Of a stretch of 64,000 nucleotides of DNA, positions 13,582 through 26,124 are shown one piece after another. Both the position numbers and the translations under genes were made by a program. The DNA is taken from NCBI GenBank assembly GCA_009103225.1, contig RHPI01003261.1:124001-188000 (forward strand), in the 5' to 3' direction. The stretch comes from Chlorokybus atmophyticus (Eukaryota > Plantae > Mesostigma and Chlorokybus algae). Every line of letters begins with the position of its first letter. The first letter of the stretch is position 1. The notes below the pieces were generated by a model. That model did no database searches. It saw nothing but the letters and a program-made list of their open reading frames with translations, and was not told where the DNA came from.

Positions 13582-14348
13582 AATGGCAGTTGTCTGCTGT
13601 GTATGTAACATTGTATATATAATGTCGTATCGCATGTGTAATCGTCAGTTGGAGCTAGGTAACAGTCTGGTGGGTTGTGGGTTCACATGTGGGCAGGTGT
13701 CGCGGTGCCATGAGCTCATCAACGCAGCAGCAGATGCTGCTATTTGCATGCTCACCTTCTTAAACTAGTGGTCTACTTGACAGATGCGATGGCGCACCCC
13801 TGAACAATTGTACATAAAGTAGTGTCGGCTTATCTGTGCTCGTGCTCTACTCCGTTTGTGCTGCTGTGCTTATCTACAATATACTTATGTACTTCAAAAA
13901 AGGGTGCATAGCTTTAATCAACCAGCTGTGCCCCTGCCCATTGTGGTTGCCGCAGTGGGCACAGGTTTATCTCTTTCCTTCTAGTACAGAGTGATACGCA
14001 TATTGAAGGTCACTGCAGCGCTGCAGAATTGTAGGCAGTATGTATCACTTCTGGTGCCTTCTTATCTGTACCACTTCTGGTGAGCTCTTATGTCACGATA
14101 TTCCAAAAGCAGCCCTACATCTGCTGATCAAGCATGCTATTCAGCGGCAATAACAGCAATATCAGCAGTGCAGTCAGTCTATCCATGCGATGTGAAATGA
14201 CAGTCCGCAGCTTGAACAACAATGCTCCATGCAAAGGCCAGCAAACCGTCGCAAATGATTAACCACACAATCGCAAAACCACACAACAAGCAGCATTCGC
14301 AATCACTCAACCACAGCAGCAAACGCAAACGGGTCTCATGTACACGTG

Positions 14349-16142
14349 TCAGGAAGCTTGAGGCTGTTCATCACGCTCTTCTTCTGCGTCTTCTCCTTCA
14401 CCTTCTGCATCATCATCTCCGTCCACATCTAACTCATCAGCAACGCTATATGATCTCGACAAATGAAACGCGTGAGCAGCAGGTTGCAAGATAGCGGGCG
14501 CAGGGTAGGCGAGCATGGTGGGTTCGCCGTCATCGGCGGGCGGGAGGTTGAGGTCGAATGCGGGTCTCGCGGCTGCAGGGGCGGGGTCAGGGGCGGGTTC
14601 GGCCTGATGCGCGCGGCCGGCGCGATCGTCTGTGTTGAGTTCGGCCTTCTCGTCCTCATAATCAGACACCTGGTCCTCTCTATTGGGCTCGTTGCCCCTG
14701 CCGGCACCACTAGCACCCGCCGTGCCCGCTCTGTCTTTGCGCGGCCGCCCCTTGCCCTTCCCCTCTGCTGCCCCTGCCCCTGCCCCTGCCCCTTCGGCAC
14801 TGCTCTTGGCGCCGCGTGGCCCTCGAGCACTTCCCTAAAGAGTAGGAAAAACATGTACAACAACATCAATGCCATGTCAAGTCGTGCTCTTGTCCTCTCA
14901 TTTGCGCATGTCGGACATCTTGCTACATGTTGGTGATTCAGCAATACTGACATTGCGCTACTGCGCACAACCAGTAGGTCGTCTGGGTGACACATGTGTA
15001 TGGACATACACAGACACAAGCACCAACGACGGGATGTGTGTATGTTGTCCTCACCTTTCTGTTGCGTTTCACTGGGCTGCCGGGATCCTCGTCGCTATCG
15101 GGATCGACAACACTTCTGCAACGCCCACACAGTCAGCAACCAGCACAAACCACACGCTAACCACGCTCCACGGTGATGACACGCACTGACCTTCGCCTCG
15201 ACCGTGAGGGCCGTGCGTCAGCTGTCGTCGGCGGGCCGAGGTCGGGGACTTTCTCAACCAATGGCTGCAAGAAGTCAAACTGCTTCTCTGCTTGTATGCA
15301 TGCTTTCCTGCCACACACAAGCAATGTTGCTGAGCAGAGCCATAATGCCGAGTCAAAGGGCAGCAATGAACAGCATGCAACAATTTAAATTCAAAGCACA
15401 AGTGCTGTAACGGGTCATACCAACACAGAGAATACACAGTACAATGCATGTGCAGGTGCTTACAGGTGGCTGCTGCTCATGGTGCGCGAGTGGCGAGCGA
15501 CGGTCACCGCGAGCGCTTTGTCGCACAAGTGCTGCAGAAACAGCTCCAGCCCTTTTGCTGCAACATGCATGCAATGAGACAGGCATTGCGTTAGCCGTTG
15601 CAAGCAACTAAATCTCATTGGCACACAACTATTCCTTGTGCAACGTGCAATGCACCAAAGTCAGAACACGCCCTCAGACAGGGCTTGACACACGCATATT
15701 TATTGCCATGCTGCCCAGTCAGTGCTTAACAGAGATGCGACAATGTAGCAACACATCTGGAAGGCAACGAAGTCAAAACCAGCAAAGTGCATGCGGTCGA
15801 TGTGACTTACAGACAAGGACAGGGGTGGCCATGGCGATCTTCCCCACGTCTTCATCCTGCTGCATAATCTTCTTTATTCGCGCCTGCGCAAAGGCACATA
15901 ACACTTAGCCACTCAATGGAGTAGTAGAGACAGCACACCCAAAAACTATAAACAGGACTCATCGCCGAGGCAAAGCGGCAGGCACACCAAAGACCGGGGA
16001 CAAACAAGCTGATTTGTGCTGTGAACAATGTGAAGCAATGGCGCCATCACACAGGCAAGGAACACTGCGAGGAGCTTTACATCAAAAACAATAAGAATAC
16101 AACTCTTACCGCAGGAAAGCGGGTGTCTAGCTTCTTCCGCAT
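14349..16142 (-). CDS. DRAP1: NC2-alpha / Dr1-associated corepressor (histone fold)
   Basis: Exon 16110-16142 gives MRKKLDTRFPA, followed by [39 protein letters not shown]...HLKACIQAEKQFDFL. The last exon carries KGRPRK, FDLNLPP and an acidic tail. Confidence 0.95.
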
Positions 16143-16380
16143 TGTGTTGTGGCTGCTTGCTGGCTGGCTGGCTTGCTGGCTGGATGACTGCTCAAAGGTA
16201 AGGCAAAGAGCGAGAGGGGGGAGGGAAAGCTTAGGGCAGCAGGGAAGGAAGAACAGGATGGCCCTGGCGATGACAATACCGACGAAGAAGACGCCGACGA
16301 TGACGACAGCGAGCAGGGGCAGGCAACGGCGGCGGCGGAGGGCGCGAGCTGCAACGGTATTCCCGCCAAATAGAGATTCC

Positions 16381-16463
16381 AAACCCTAGGCGCGTGACGC
16401 ACGCTGCGACGAGCACGTGAAGTATGCGCCCGGGCATCGCATGTGATCGTGCAATTAGGGTTT
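16381..16463. promoter_or_regulatory. Bidirectional DRAP1/RAB5IF promoter with two outward-facing telo-boxes and a G-box
   Basis: AAACCCTA 16381-16388, CACGTG at ~16414, TAGGGTTT 16456-16463. Confidence 0.6.
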
Positions 16464-16578
16464 TTGGTTGCCCGCGGCGGCGGCGGCGGCGGTCCGGGGA
16501 TGGGCGGGCTGGAGAGAAGGGCGAGAGAAACCGTCTGAGAGGGGAGAGGTTGTAAGCGTTACTACCCTTTGCCGGTTG

Positions 16579-17720
16579 ATGGCGTCGCGTGAAGCGGCCT
16601 TGAGGCCGACCGCCAGCAGCAGTAAGGTCCCAGCGAGCTTTGGCGGCTCCTCTCTGGTCGCTTCAAGCTTAAGGCGCTTAGCTGACAAAGAAACACCATT
16701 TGAAAAGGTATGTAAACGTGTTTACTACCTCTCGGCATATTTCCTCCAGTTTGAGTAAAGCATTGTTGGCTTGCTTGCTGCACGCGTTCATATGCACATT
16801 CGTCTCTGTTTCAACCGCACATTGGTTGTTTCTTGCTAGACCGTAAGCTAGCTAGTTACTCTTCAACTCTTCTTTCTGCGTCAAGCTGCCTGTAATACTT
16901 ATACACAGTTAAAACAACCAAGGATGATTGTCGTCACTAAATTCAGCACCTGTAGTTTGATCTTGTGTGACGAAAACTGCACATCACCGAAGTGCACGTT
17001 ATGCAAGTCGAGTGAGCCACACACGCATGCATGTTCAGGTTGGCGTTGTTGTGACAGTACCTGTTGTTATGACGCCTCTATGTTGAGGTTTACTCCCTTA
17101 CTGTTTTCAGCCTGAGGTGGTGCGCTGTGTTTTCCCGCCATGTTCCTGTTTATGTTATGCTACTGAGATGCAATCACATACAGGACGAGCTTCTGGACGT
17201 CGTGCATTGGATTCGACAAGGGCTTGGACTCCTCTGCGGCCTCGTGTGGGGCTTCATTCCCTTGGTGGGGTCCCCTGCAATCCTTGCGTAAGCACCTTGT
17301 ATTGTGTTCTTTTATGACCTGTCAAGCAATTCAACCTGTTGCATCTGTTGTATAGTGATTGCCATGCATGCGCACATGCGTCATGATGTGTGTCAATCAC
17401 TGTGATACAGTTGTAGAATGCACATATATATATCTCATGTGCTCAGGTTCCTGTTTCTGAACGCTGCCGTGCCCTTCCTGTACTACCATTCGTATCTTCA
17501 AGTTGACCCTGATGATTATGGAGGCCACTTCATGCTGCTCACGGAAGGCAGCTTGTCAGGAATACCACTCTTCCTGGTCAGTACATACACCAGTGTTGAA
17601 GCATCATAACATTCATATTGGCAACAAAGCATGGTATGTCATCCTAATATGATGCCATATGTTATTGGCTTCTCTGTGCAGGTGTCGTGGATTGTGACGT
17701 ACAGTTTGTTGAATCATTGA
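16579..17720 (+). CDS. RAB5IF: RAB5IF / C20orf24 family small membrane protein (Rab5ip)
   Basis: Four exons (16579-16707, from 17184, from 17448, 17682-17720): DELLDVVHWIRQGLGLLCGLVWGFIPLVG...YLQVDPDDYGGHFMLLTEG...LFLVSWIVTYSLLNH*. Confidence 0.88.
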
Positions 17721-19257
17721 CGGGAGAGTTGGTGTGCGGCTGATCTCATAAAAGGCCATGCATGCTGCCTTCATGCACGCATGCGACAGAGTGACAGACG
17801 AGAGTTGCCCTGCCCATTGCATTTCTTCCACCGTGCAGAAACAACACTCAAGGCCGGAGAGGGCCGTCCTCTACAAACAACTCTTGAAGCGTCACATGGC
17901 TATGTGACAGCTTGCGCTCGAGGCTCCACGAGGCTCCACTAATAACAAATCTGGTGTGGTTAAGTGGTCGCGCAACTTCTTCAACTTTTCTTGCTGTCGC
18001 GCAGCTTTGCGACGACTGTCCAGTGGAGCGGGTTTGGCGGGTACAAACTTGAGTTGATCCATGGTACAGGTTGCTTTTCGTGACATGTTTCTGATTCATC
18101 ACTCAAGTGCTTGCTCGACGTGGGTATTCGCATGACGCATACCAGCACACAACATTGTGGTGTGTACTAAATGGCTGGGATGGTGGTTTGTCGCATCTGC
18201 TATTTGATGCCCAAGTCTAAATAAGAGATCATCAGCATTGGCAATCTGACCATTGTTCACTTGCATGTAGGTAAGAGTCCAATGTGCTTGCAATTGCACA
18301 TTGCGAAGGTAACTAAAATGGAGGCTGACCGGTCTCTAGGCCTATGATTGTGACCGCACTGAGTGCGGCGTTGGTTTCATTGGATATGGCGCTTAATGTC
18401 ACCACCATCCGTAACTTAGCGGTTGCGCTTAGCGCTTAAGTTTCTTTGGGTGGCAACAGTGCCGCGATAGCACCATGCTGCAATGGCGCCGCGGCGACTA
18501 GTGGAAGTGACTTAAATCTTCTCAGTGACAGCCTAACAATGACTGCACATACACATACACGCAGGCATCAATAAAATGGTGAGGTAGTGGTCTTGGATGG
18601 TACGTGGTAATCGAAGAGCTGTATGGTAAATAGAAATCCAAGGATTGTGGCATGCATGAGAGTGTGACACACACATGCATGAGCAGTGTACTCACCAAAC
18701 ATTGTGCGCATGGCCGGCTTTTGAGTAAAGGTAGTAGTGTAGTGATGCATAGTAATGATGTGCACGCAACATGCACAAAGCAGCTCATCACTTGCGTAGA
18801 ACAGTCTTTTCAAAAGCCATACACACTTACACACCACATGCCTGCCATTATCTCAGAAATGATGCGAGATGAGAGGGCTGATGCAAGCAGCCCTCTCGTC
18901 CACATCGGTCCACTTGATGTCTAGTGTGCACCCTTGTGCAAGAACTTGTATCGCGGCACACAGGCTGCAACAACGGCGTTCTAGTGACACCTGCACTCAC
19001 TCGCTCGTATCACCCGCTTGCATAACTGTTAGAACAGTTCAATCGGGAACTGCCCGGTCTCAGCTACCATGCACAGACTGGGGAAGTCAATATGCAACTC
19101 CCCCACTCCCGTTCCTTGTGATCACGCGCGGCCCTGTCTGTTTGAGAAGAGCCCCCGCGCGCGTTTGAGTGCATCTGAGCAATGCAGCACCAACCAAAAG
19201 GCCTTCGCATTGCCCCATGACCTTCTGAGCTCAGTCACTTCAGCCAGCCCTTCAACA

Positions 19258-20862
19258 CTACCCTCTCGCGCGCCTGGCCTTGTGCGACCGCGGATTTGAC
19301 GGTCCCTTGCGCTTGCCCTTCTTTTTGAATCCGGTAGCACGCTTTTTCACTTTCAACACAGAATCCTTCTTCTTTCCTCCTTTAGGCTTCCCAGCCGAAC
19401 CATGCAAGCTTCCTTTACTTGCAGGCGCTATGGCTTTGGCTTTGGACGGCTCACCCACCTTGTCACCATCACCATCATCAGCAGGGTGATCATTGTCATC
19501 ATCGCTGCCGCTCACTCCCTCTTCACTGTGCTCATTGATGTCGTCCTCATCATTGGCATCGTCGCCAATGGCCTTTGTCACGACAGTCGTGGTGCCATGG
19601 CCCGTGTCAAACACCATCACATCTGCATACGTGTCGTTCATAGAAAGGCACACACTCAAGCTTGATAAACAACCCGTGTATTGATCTCGCGTGCACTGAC
19701 TCAGTCTTAGAATGAGATTGCAGAGCACCAGGGGCTTAACTGGAAGACAAGACACGAGCCGGAAATTGCGCGTGTACAGTGTCATGAATTAAATGCGATG
19801 ATGTGATGCACTGCAATGCAATGCTCACCGTTGACGGAGGCGATACCGTTTGTGCGATGGCCGTCATGCTTCTCCTCAAGACCATTCTCATCACCATCGC
19901 CTTCTTCATCTTGTCCGCTGCCGGATGGTGAAGCTCCTTCCCTCTCTCCTAAAGTCTCTTGTCCTCCCGTCTTGCCGGCCGCTTCGGCCAGCTTCTGCCG
20001 TATCGCCTCTCGCTTCTGCAGCAACAACAGCAACATTGCATGCAATGGAGATAATGCAATGGAGGGCAAGTATAGATGTTTGCTACTGTTGGAACGTAAA
20101 GAAGCAAGCATCAAAGGCATTGTCGCAATATAAAACTTAGCGTGAACTGCGCGCGTGCGTGAGGGCATGTGTTTGCACGTGTATGCTTGCATGTGCGCGC
20201 GCATGTGCATACGTCCGTGCATTGCGCTTGCCTCTTTGCGCTGCTGGAGGCGCGCACGACGCTCCCGCTCAGCAATTTTCTTCTGCGCCTCTTTCCGCCT
20301 CACGTCCTTGCGCTTCTTGAACCCCGTCACAAACTCGCTGCGCATGATGGGGCAATTAGAACAGCAGCAACAACGACGACACAAACAACTTCAACATCCA
20401 CTCTGAGTATCAGTTCCCGCAGGCTGCAAGTAGTGATAAAAGCCAAGAAGCAGCACGTACAACACATCCCATGAGCGGCCTTACAGCATTGCTGCAATAA
20501 TTTTTTATTTAAGGGCAAACCGAGACACACAACAATCATAGGCTCATTGACCAAGTTCGGACACATAATGAATGCTGAGGCATGCATGACCACAAAACCA
20601 TAATGCTCAAATGCACTAACCCCAACTGTCCATAACGCTTCACTCACTTGCGGGCTTTGTCGTCAAACTCTACCACAACTCCCTTGCGCTTGCGCTGGCG
20701 TTTGCCGACGTACCGCGCTGTGGCGCCGGCGTGCCCCTCCTGCTGCTCATCATTATGCTCGTGCTCATGCTCATGCTCATGCTCATGCTCATGCTCATGC
20801 TCATGCTCCTCCTTGTCATGCCTCTCCCTGGCCTGCAGCTGCCTGCTCTTCCTCTTCACCAT
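19258..20862 (-). CDS. NOL12: Nucleolar protein 12 / RRP17 (Nop25 domain)
   Basis: VEFDDKARKEFVTGFKKRKDVRRKEAQKKIAERERRARLQQRKEKRE (Nop25 motif), acidic middle with TTTVVT, Lys-rich C-terminus. Confidence 0.85.
20761..20808 (-). repeat. Coding hexanucleotide microsatellite (GAGCAT/C)8 encoding (Glu-His)8
   Basis: Read directly in NOL12 exon 1. Confidence 0.95.
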
Positions 20863-21891
20863 CAAGGCAGACTTGCTGCCCCTGCCTCGCTAGCTGCCTC
20901 AGCAGTGCCAGGCGCTGACCAGCCGAAAAGCCTACGCTTACTGCAGGGAATTCGTATGTGCCTCCTCGCTGCTGCCCCCCCTCCTCGAATCGACACAACC
21001 AGTAGAAGAGCGACACCGCCGCCGACACCGCCGACGCCGCCGCCGACGCCGTCGCCCAATTCCAACCTCTTTTTGTCAGAGGCATTGGTACCATGTGTGT
21101 TACAGCTGTGGTACATCCATCCACTCTATCTTTTCACCCAAAGCATTGCTCTTGTGAATCACTCATTGACTCAGTCTTGCAGTTATGCCTTGAATAAAAG
21201 GCCCAATTTAGACAAGAGCACATGTGAAACAATGGTGAAATCACCCTCACTTACCCTCACAACATGTTGCAGATGGTGTGCAGGATAGAATATGCTCTCT
21301 CTAATGTATAATAATTGTGCACAAGGTCCCCAGGATAGCACTGTCTTGAGTAATGTGATGATGCTGACCAGAACAAGTCTTGGCTGAAACATTGTGTGCG
21401 TTGCACTTGAATTGCCAATCCAAAAAAAGGCACAGCTACAACCCTGCAGAGTGCATAGTTGTTTGCGCACTGCGCACTGCTTTCCGACTGGCATTGCTTC
21501 GTGCCTGCCTTGACTCTATAGCTGCAGATAGCGCAACACCTCAGCATACACGCTCACACACATGGCATTGCCAAGGGCTCAATTGCCAACAGATAAGTTG
21601 CAGCAGAGTAGAACGCGTTGAATGCGAGTTTGTCACATGCGATAATGACGACTACCACTGCCTACCGTCCATACCAAGGTGAGTGGTTTGACCTGCAAAG
21701 GTGATGCAACATGCCCAGCATGTGACTGCTTATATTGCGTCAAAGTTACACAGCTGTGCATCATACTACTGTCCTGCATTCACATAGGGAATTAAGGCAT
21801 GGCTGACTGTTAACGCCACGCTCTCAACAGCCTCTGTCCAGCATGGTAAACCTTCAATTTTGTACAAAGTGTGCTCTTGCTGTCGGTCATC

Positions 21892-22894
21892 TCATGACAT
21901 CTGTTCGGCGCGGCGTGTGATGGCATTCATGATGACGGGCGGACCCGCCTCGCGCGGGGCCTTCAACAAGCGCTCCTTCGTGGCGGCAGCCCACTCGTCC
22001 GTCTGCGTCCTCACATGCGTACCTGATAGACAGAGGGGCATGCACACAAAGGACTTGTGAGAAAATTAAAGAAGAACCAATCAAGCTGCCACCGAGTTTC
22101 AGCAGCAATACTGTTTGATACACATGTACGTAAAAACATGTGTGATTGCGCACATGTGCCTAATGAACAGATGCTGCCTTGGGCGAAGGTGCGTTGACTG
22201 TTCCTGTGCTGGCAAGTCACTTCTAGTATTGATTGACCCACATCACGAGGTAAGACTGCAAGATAGGCTGTGTGCGTCTGTTGCGGACTTGATGGGGAGA
22301 TTGTAAACAAGGGCTCAGCATGGGTAGAAAACACCATGGTCTTGAGCTAATACAGAACGTGCATCAAAACAGTGTTGGAAGGGACTGGCGTACAACGCAA
22401 ATGGACAAACAGCAAGGATGAATGCAAGGATGCCACACAGCAGAGCCCAGAAACAGTTGGTTACTACTTCACAAGAATGGAACAAACTGGCCCCGTAAAA
22501 GCAAGCATGCCAGGGAATGTCACAAGGACGTAAAAAACGCAAGTGTCAGGCTTCAGCAAGCGGGCATGCTGAAGGCCGCAAACGCAGGACAAGCTTCAAA
22601 TCAAGGGTTGTTGAGTAGCTTGTAACTAACAGTAAAACTTGTAACCACTTTTCAACATTGACTGAGCTATGACGCAGTCGAAGTTGACACAATAAGCAAG
22701 CCGCCGTCGCAATCGCTGAGACGCTCAACAACACTGATTTAACGATGACTAATGCAGTCCCCCCCACCTCCAAAGATCTTGGACTTGGCCGTAAGGTAGT
22801 AGAACACCCCGCCCACAACCCCGGTGGCCGCAATGCCACCCAACACCTGCCCCAGGCTCGCCCCGACCTGCTTCGTGCCGATGGTCGCCGCCAT
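21892..22894 (-). CDS. COX4: Plant-type cytochrome c oxidase subunit 4 (DUF1138 / OZI1-like), two exons, not shown intact in the ORF track
   Basis: Exons 22768-22894 and 21892-22022 splice to MAATIGTKQVGASLGQVLGGIAATGVVGGVFYYLTAKSKIFGGTHVRTQTDEWAAATKERLLKAPREAGPPVIMNAITRRAEQMS*. This matches the DUF1138 pattern KIFGGT..T....EW...T......PR.AGPPV.MN.I.R. Confidence 0.85.
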
Positions 22895-22955
22895 CGCAGC
22901 CGCCACCTCCACCACCAAAGCTACCTTCTCCACCACCTCCACTGCGCTGTCGTCC

Positions 22956-22963
22956 AAACCCTA
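22956..22963 (-). promoter_or_regulatory. Telo-box upstream of COX4
   Basis: AAACCCTA on + (TAGGGTTT on the sense strand), ~60 nt before the ATG. Confidence 0.55.
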
Positions 22964-23336
22964 ATCTCCACGCCCTAATTCACTAGCCGACCCCGATCCA
23001 CAAAACTCTTTCTTAAACCTGTTCCATCATCCCTGACTCTTGTCCCAGGTTGACGAAGTAGGTTTGTGAAACCTAGATTACATTATGTGTTGCCGAGAAA
23101 TCTTCCACACGGATCGCTGAGTCACCATTTATCATCGCTGATCATCATGCCCTACGCGTCATGTCACAGGAGCTACTAGGATATTTATGGAAGATTTTGT
23201 GTGTGCACGTTGCGTGTTGGCTAAGCTGTGTAGTGCATTGCTGCATCAGAGGTGGGAGCTGCGGTGGTGGTGGCGGAGAAGGAGGAGGAGGAGGAGGAGG
23301 AGGAAGAGACTGAGGAGGCGAGGTGGGCGAGGAGTT

Positions 23337-26124
23337 ATGGTGGGAGAGGTGGCGGCGGAGGAGGAGCGGCAGGAGGAGGGGAAGGGGAATGGTAAGAGCT
23401 ACAGTGGGAGTGAGGTGGAGGAGCAGGGGAGTGAGTCGTCTGCTGCAGCTGTTCCTCAGGGAGAGCAGACCTACTTTGCCGCTACAGCCGCTGCTGCTGC
23501 CGCCGTTGCCGCGACTGGAGCTGGACGAAGGGACAAGCAGCAGCTGGCACTGGAGGTGACTGCATCATTGTGGAGGCTTTGCGCAGCAATGCATCACTTA
23601 ACTGAGTCATGCTTGTTAATGTTGCTGCGGTGTCGTACAGCGTGCTCGATGATCCTAGCGTAGTGTTAATGATACCAGATGGTAATGGTACCAGAATACT
23701 GTTTCACTCTGCATGCATAGCTGATGCTTTGCATGTGTCTTGTGTGCAGGAGGCGCTGACACAGGTGCAAGCATTGCATGACGTCAACAGATTCCTCAAC
23801 TGCGAGATCGAGCGCCTAACTTCCCAGGCAAGAGTAGTTGTCATGTACTGTGTTGGTCTACACATGTTGTCAAGGCCACGGATGCATGCGCGCATGCATC
23901 CATGCCTATGCAGACGTTGCATGACCTGTCAGAGCACCTCATCAGAGCACCTCATCCGTCTGCTTTGTGATAGACAGTCCTTGGTTGTTGCGAGTCACAG
24001 TGCTAGATTGCAAGCGCATTGAGCAAGAATGATTGTCATATGAAAAGCTGCTTAAAGCGAGTCGGCGGTGCTTAACAGTCACATGCCATTGCCAGGCTGA
24101 GTTGTACAACTCCGAGCGAGCGCAGCTGATGGAGCACGCAAAGCGTTTGGGCGATAAGCTTCATCACGAGCGCACACAGGCGTCAGGGAGCGTGCACAAC
24201 AACAGTCACACAGCCAGCAAGCAGCAGACGGACACAGATGGCAAGGATGATGAAGCAACGAGTCCGCTGAAAGACCTTGAAGACACAGCGAATGGCGGTG
24301 ACAATGGTGATAAGGTGGTTGTTGACAGTGATGATGATGTGGATGTGTGGGAGCAGTCCAGACAAGAAGAGCTCCTTCGCATTCGAGGCGGTGCCAGCCA
24401 CAGCTCTACTCCCAACAGTGAGTGAGACAGGGTCAGAGAGTGAGTGAGAGCATGAGTGAGTGTGGTGGATATGCTTACACGCAAGCACGGTCACTCTCTT
24501 ATGAGAGCATGTATGGTGCTGAAGTAGATTCCGCGGACAGCATGAATGTGGCGGTGGAGGAGATGCGTGAGCGGGGGCGGCGCGGCAGGTGGCTGATTGA
24601 CCCCAGTGAGGTGCGCCTTGGCAGCAAGATTGCTGAGGGTGGCACCGCTGTCATACACAAGGGCAAGTGGCGCGGTCTCGAAGTCGCCATCAAAGTGGCC
24701 AAGGCAAGTGTTAAAGAAAGATGCAAGGCACAACTGTGTTAGAATGTTGGTTGTACTAGTGATTGGTGTGAGACTGATGATGGTCATGCACCAAAATTGC
24801 AGGAGGGCTTTGTGGCGCATGACGGCGGTGCAAGTCTGTGCAGGGAGCTGAGTGTTCTGTCAAGCGTGCGGCATCCCAACCTGGTGCAGTTCCTTGGGGC
24901 TTGCCTTGAGCCTGGGAGGTACTTGGCATATGTCCACATGCGTGTGCTTGCATACGTCAGATGCGATTGTACGGGCTTTGCCATCAACAAATGCAGGCGA
25001 TCTGATTGTTACAAGGGATTAATCCATGTCCATGCTGTATGCAGTTGCATGCTGCTTACGGAGCTCATGAAGAAGGGCACCGTTAAGCAGTGGCTTCACG
25101 AGGACGCCAAGTGGATTCGCAGCAAGCCGTCACTGGGCGAGCGGCTTCATGTGGCTCTGGACGTGGCGCGCGGTATGCAGTACCTACACTCACACTCGTA
25201 AGTGCCACGCCATGTGCTACTAGCTGGACTGACCGGTATGTGGCCAATATGTCATAGTGGCGCCAGAAACAGAGTACTCCATAGCTGGACTCCTCTGGAC
25301 GCATGCCAGTGTGTGAGTGCTGATGCGGTTGCGTGCCGGTCTGTAAACAATCTGCCGTTCATGCAGGCCTTCCATACTGCATCGCGACCTTAAGTCCTCT
25401 AATGTGTACATGGACTCGGGGGGCTCCGCCAAAATAGGAGACTTTGGCTTCTCCCGCTTCCTGCCAGCCCACAGTGACTTCCCCATGACGGGAGAGACAG
25501 GCACGTACCAGTACATGGCGCCGGAGGTATGTCTGCCGGTTGTATCTGTTCAGGCCAGGTTGCAGAAGCTTTAATTGGGGTCGTCCAGAAGCCTGTCACA
25601 AGTTTACTCGCTGCATGTCGTTATAGAGTTGGACTTGCTCAAATAATTGCCTCCATGTTGGCATTGTTGCTACACTGCTAGCACATATCCATTAGCATCT
25701 CATGCATACACCACTGGCAGTGCTTTTGTGATCAACTCACTTTATACTGTATATGCAGGTGATTCGGCATGATGCATATTCAACTCAAGCCGATGTGTAC
25801 AGCTATGCTGTCCTGCTATGTGAGCTGGTGGCAGGGGAGGCCCCGTACTCGGGTCTGTACCTAACCGCGCTGCAGATAGCCATGAGTGTGGCCAAAGACC
25901 CTCAGTTCCGCCCAGTCATTCCAAAGCACTGCCCGCCTGCCATCGAGGCGCTGCTCAAGCGCGCGTGGAGTGACGACCCGCACGCCCGCCCCAGCTTTGA
26001 GGAGATCACGCCTGCTGTCGAGCACGCGCATCAAGAGGCGTCACATCTGAAGGGCCAGCAGTCATCGTCGCAGCCGGACGCAGCTGCATCGAAACTGCGC
26101 TGGATTTTTGGGCGAGGCAGCTAA
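23337..26124 (+). CDS. Raf-like/TKL Ser/Thr/Tyr protein kinase with N-terminal coiled-coil region
   Basis: WLIDPSEVRLGSKIAEGGTAVIHKGKW, VAIK, CRELSVLSSVRHPNLVQFLGAC, HRDLKSSN, IGDFG, GETGTYQYMAPE, DVYSYAVLLCEL, RPSF. Confidence 0.93.

Noticed and set aside
16579-22894. RAB5IF and COX4 lying close together as a respiratory gene cluster
   Set aside because: An unrelated gene (NOL12) lies between them, and RAB5IF has an ER-insertase role; proximity is probably chance
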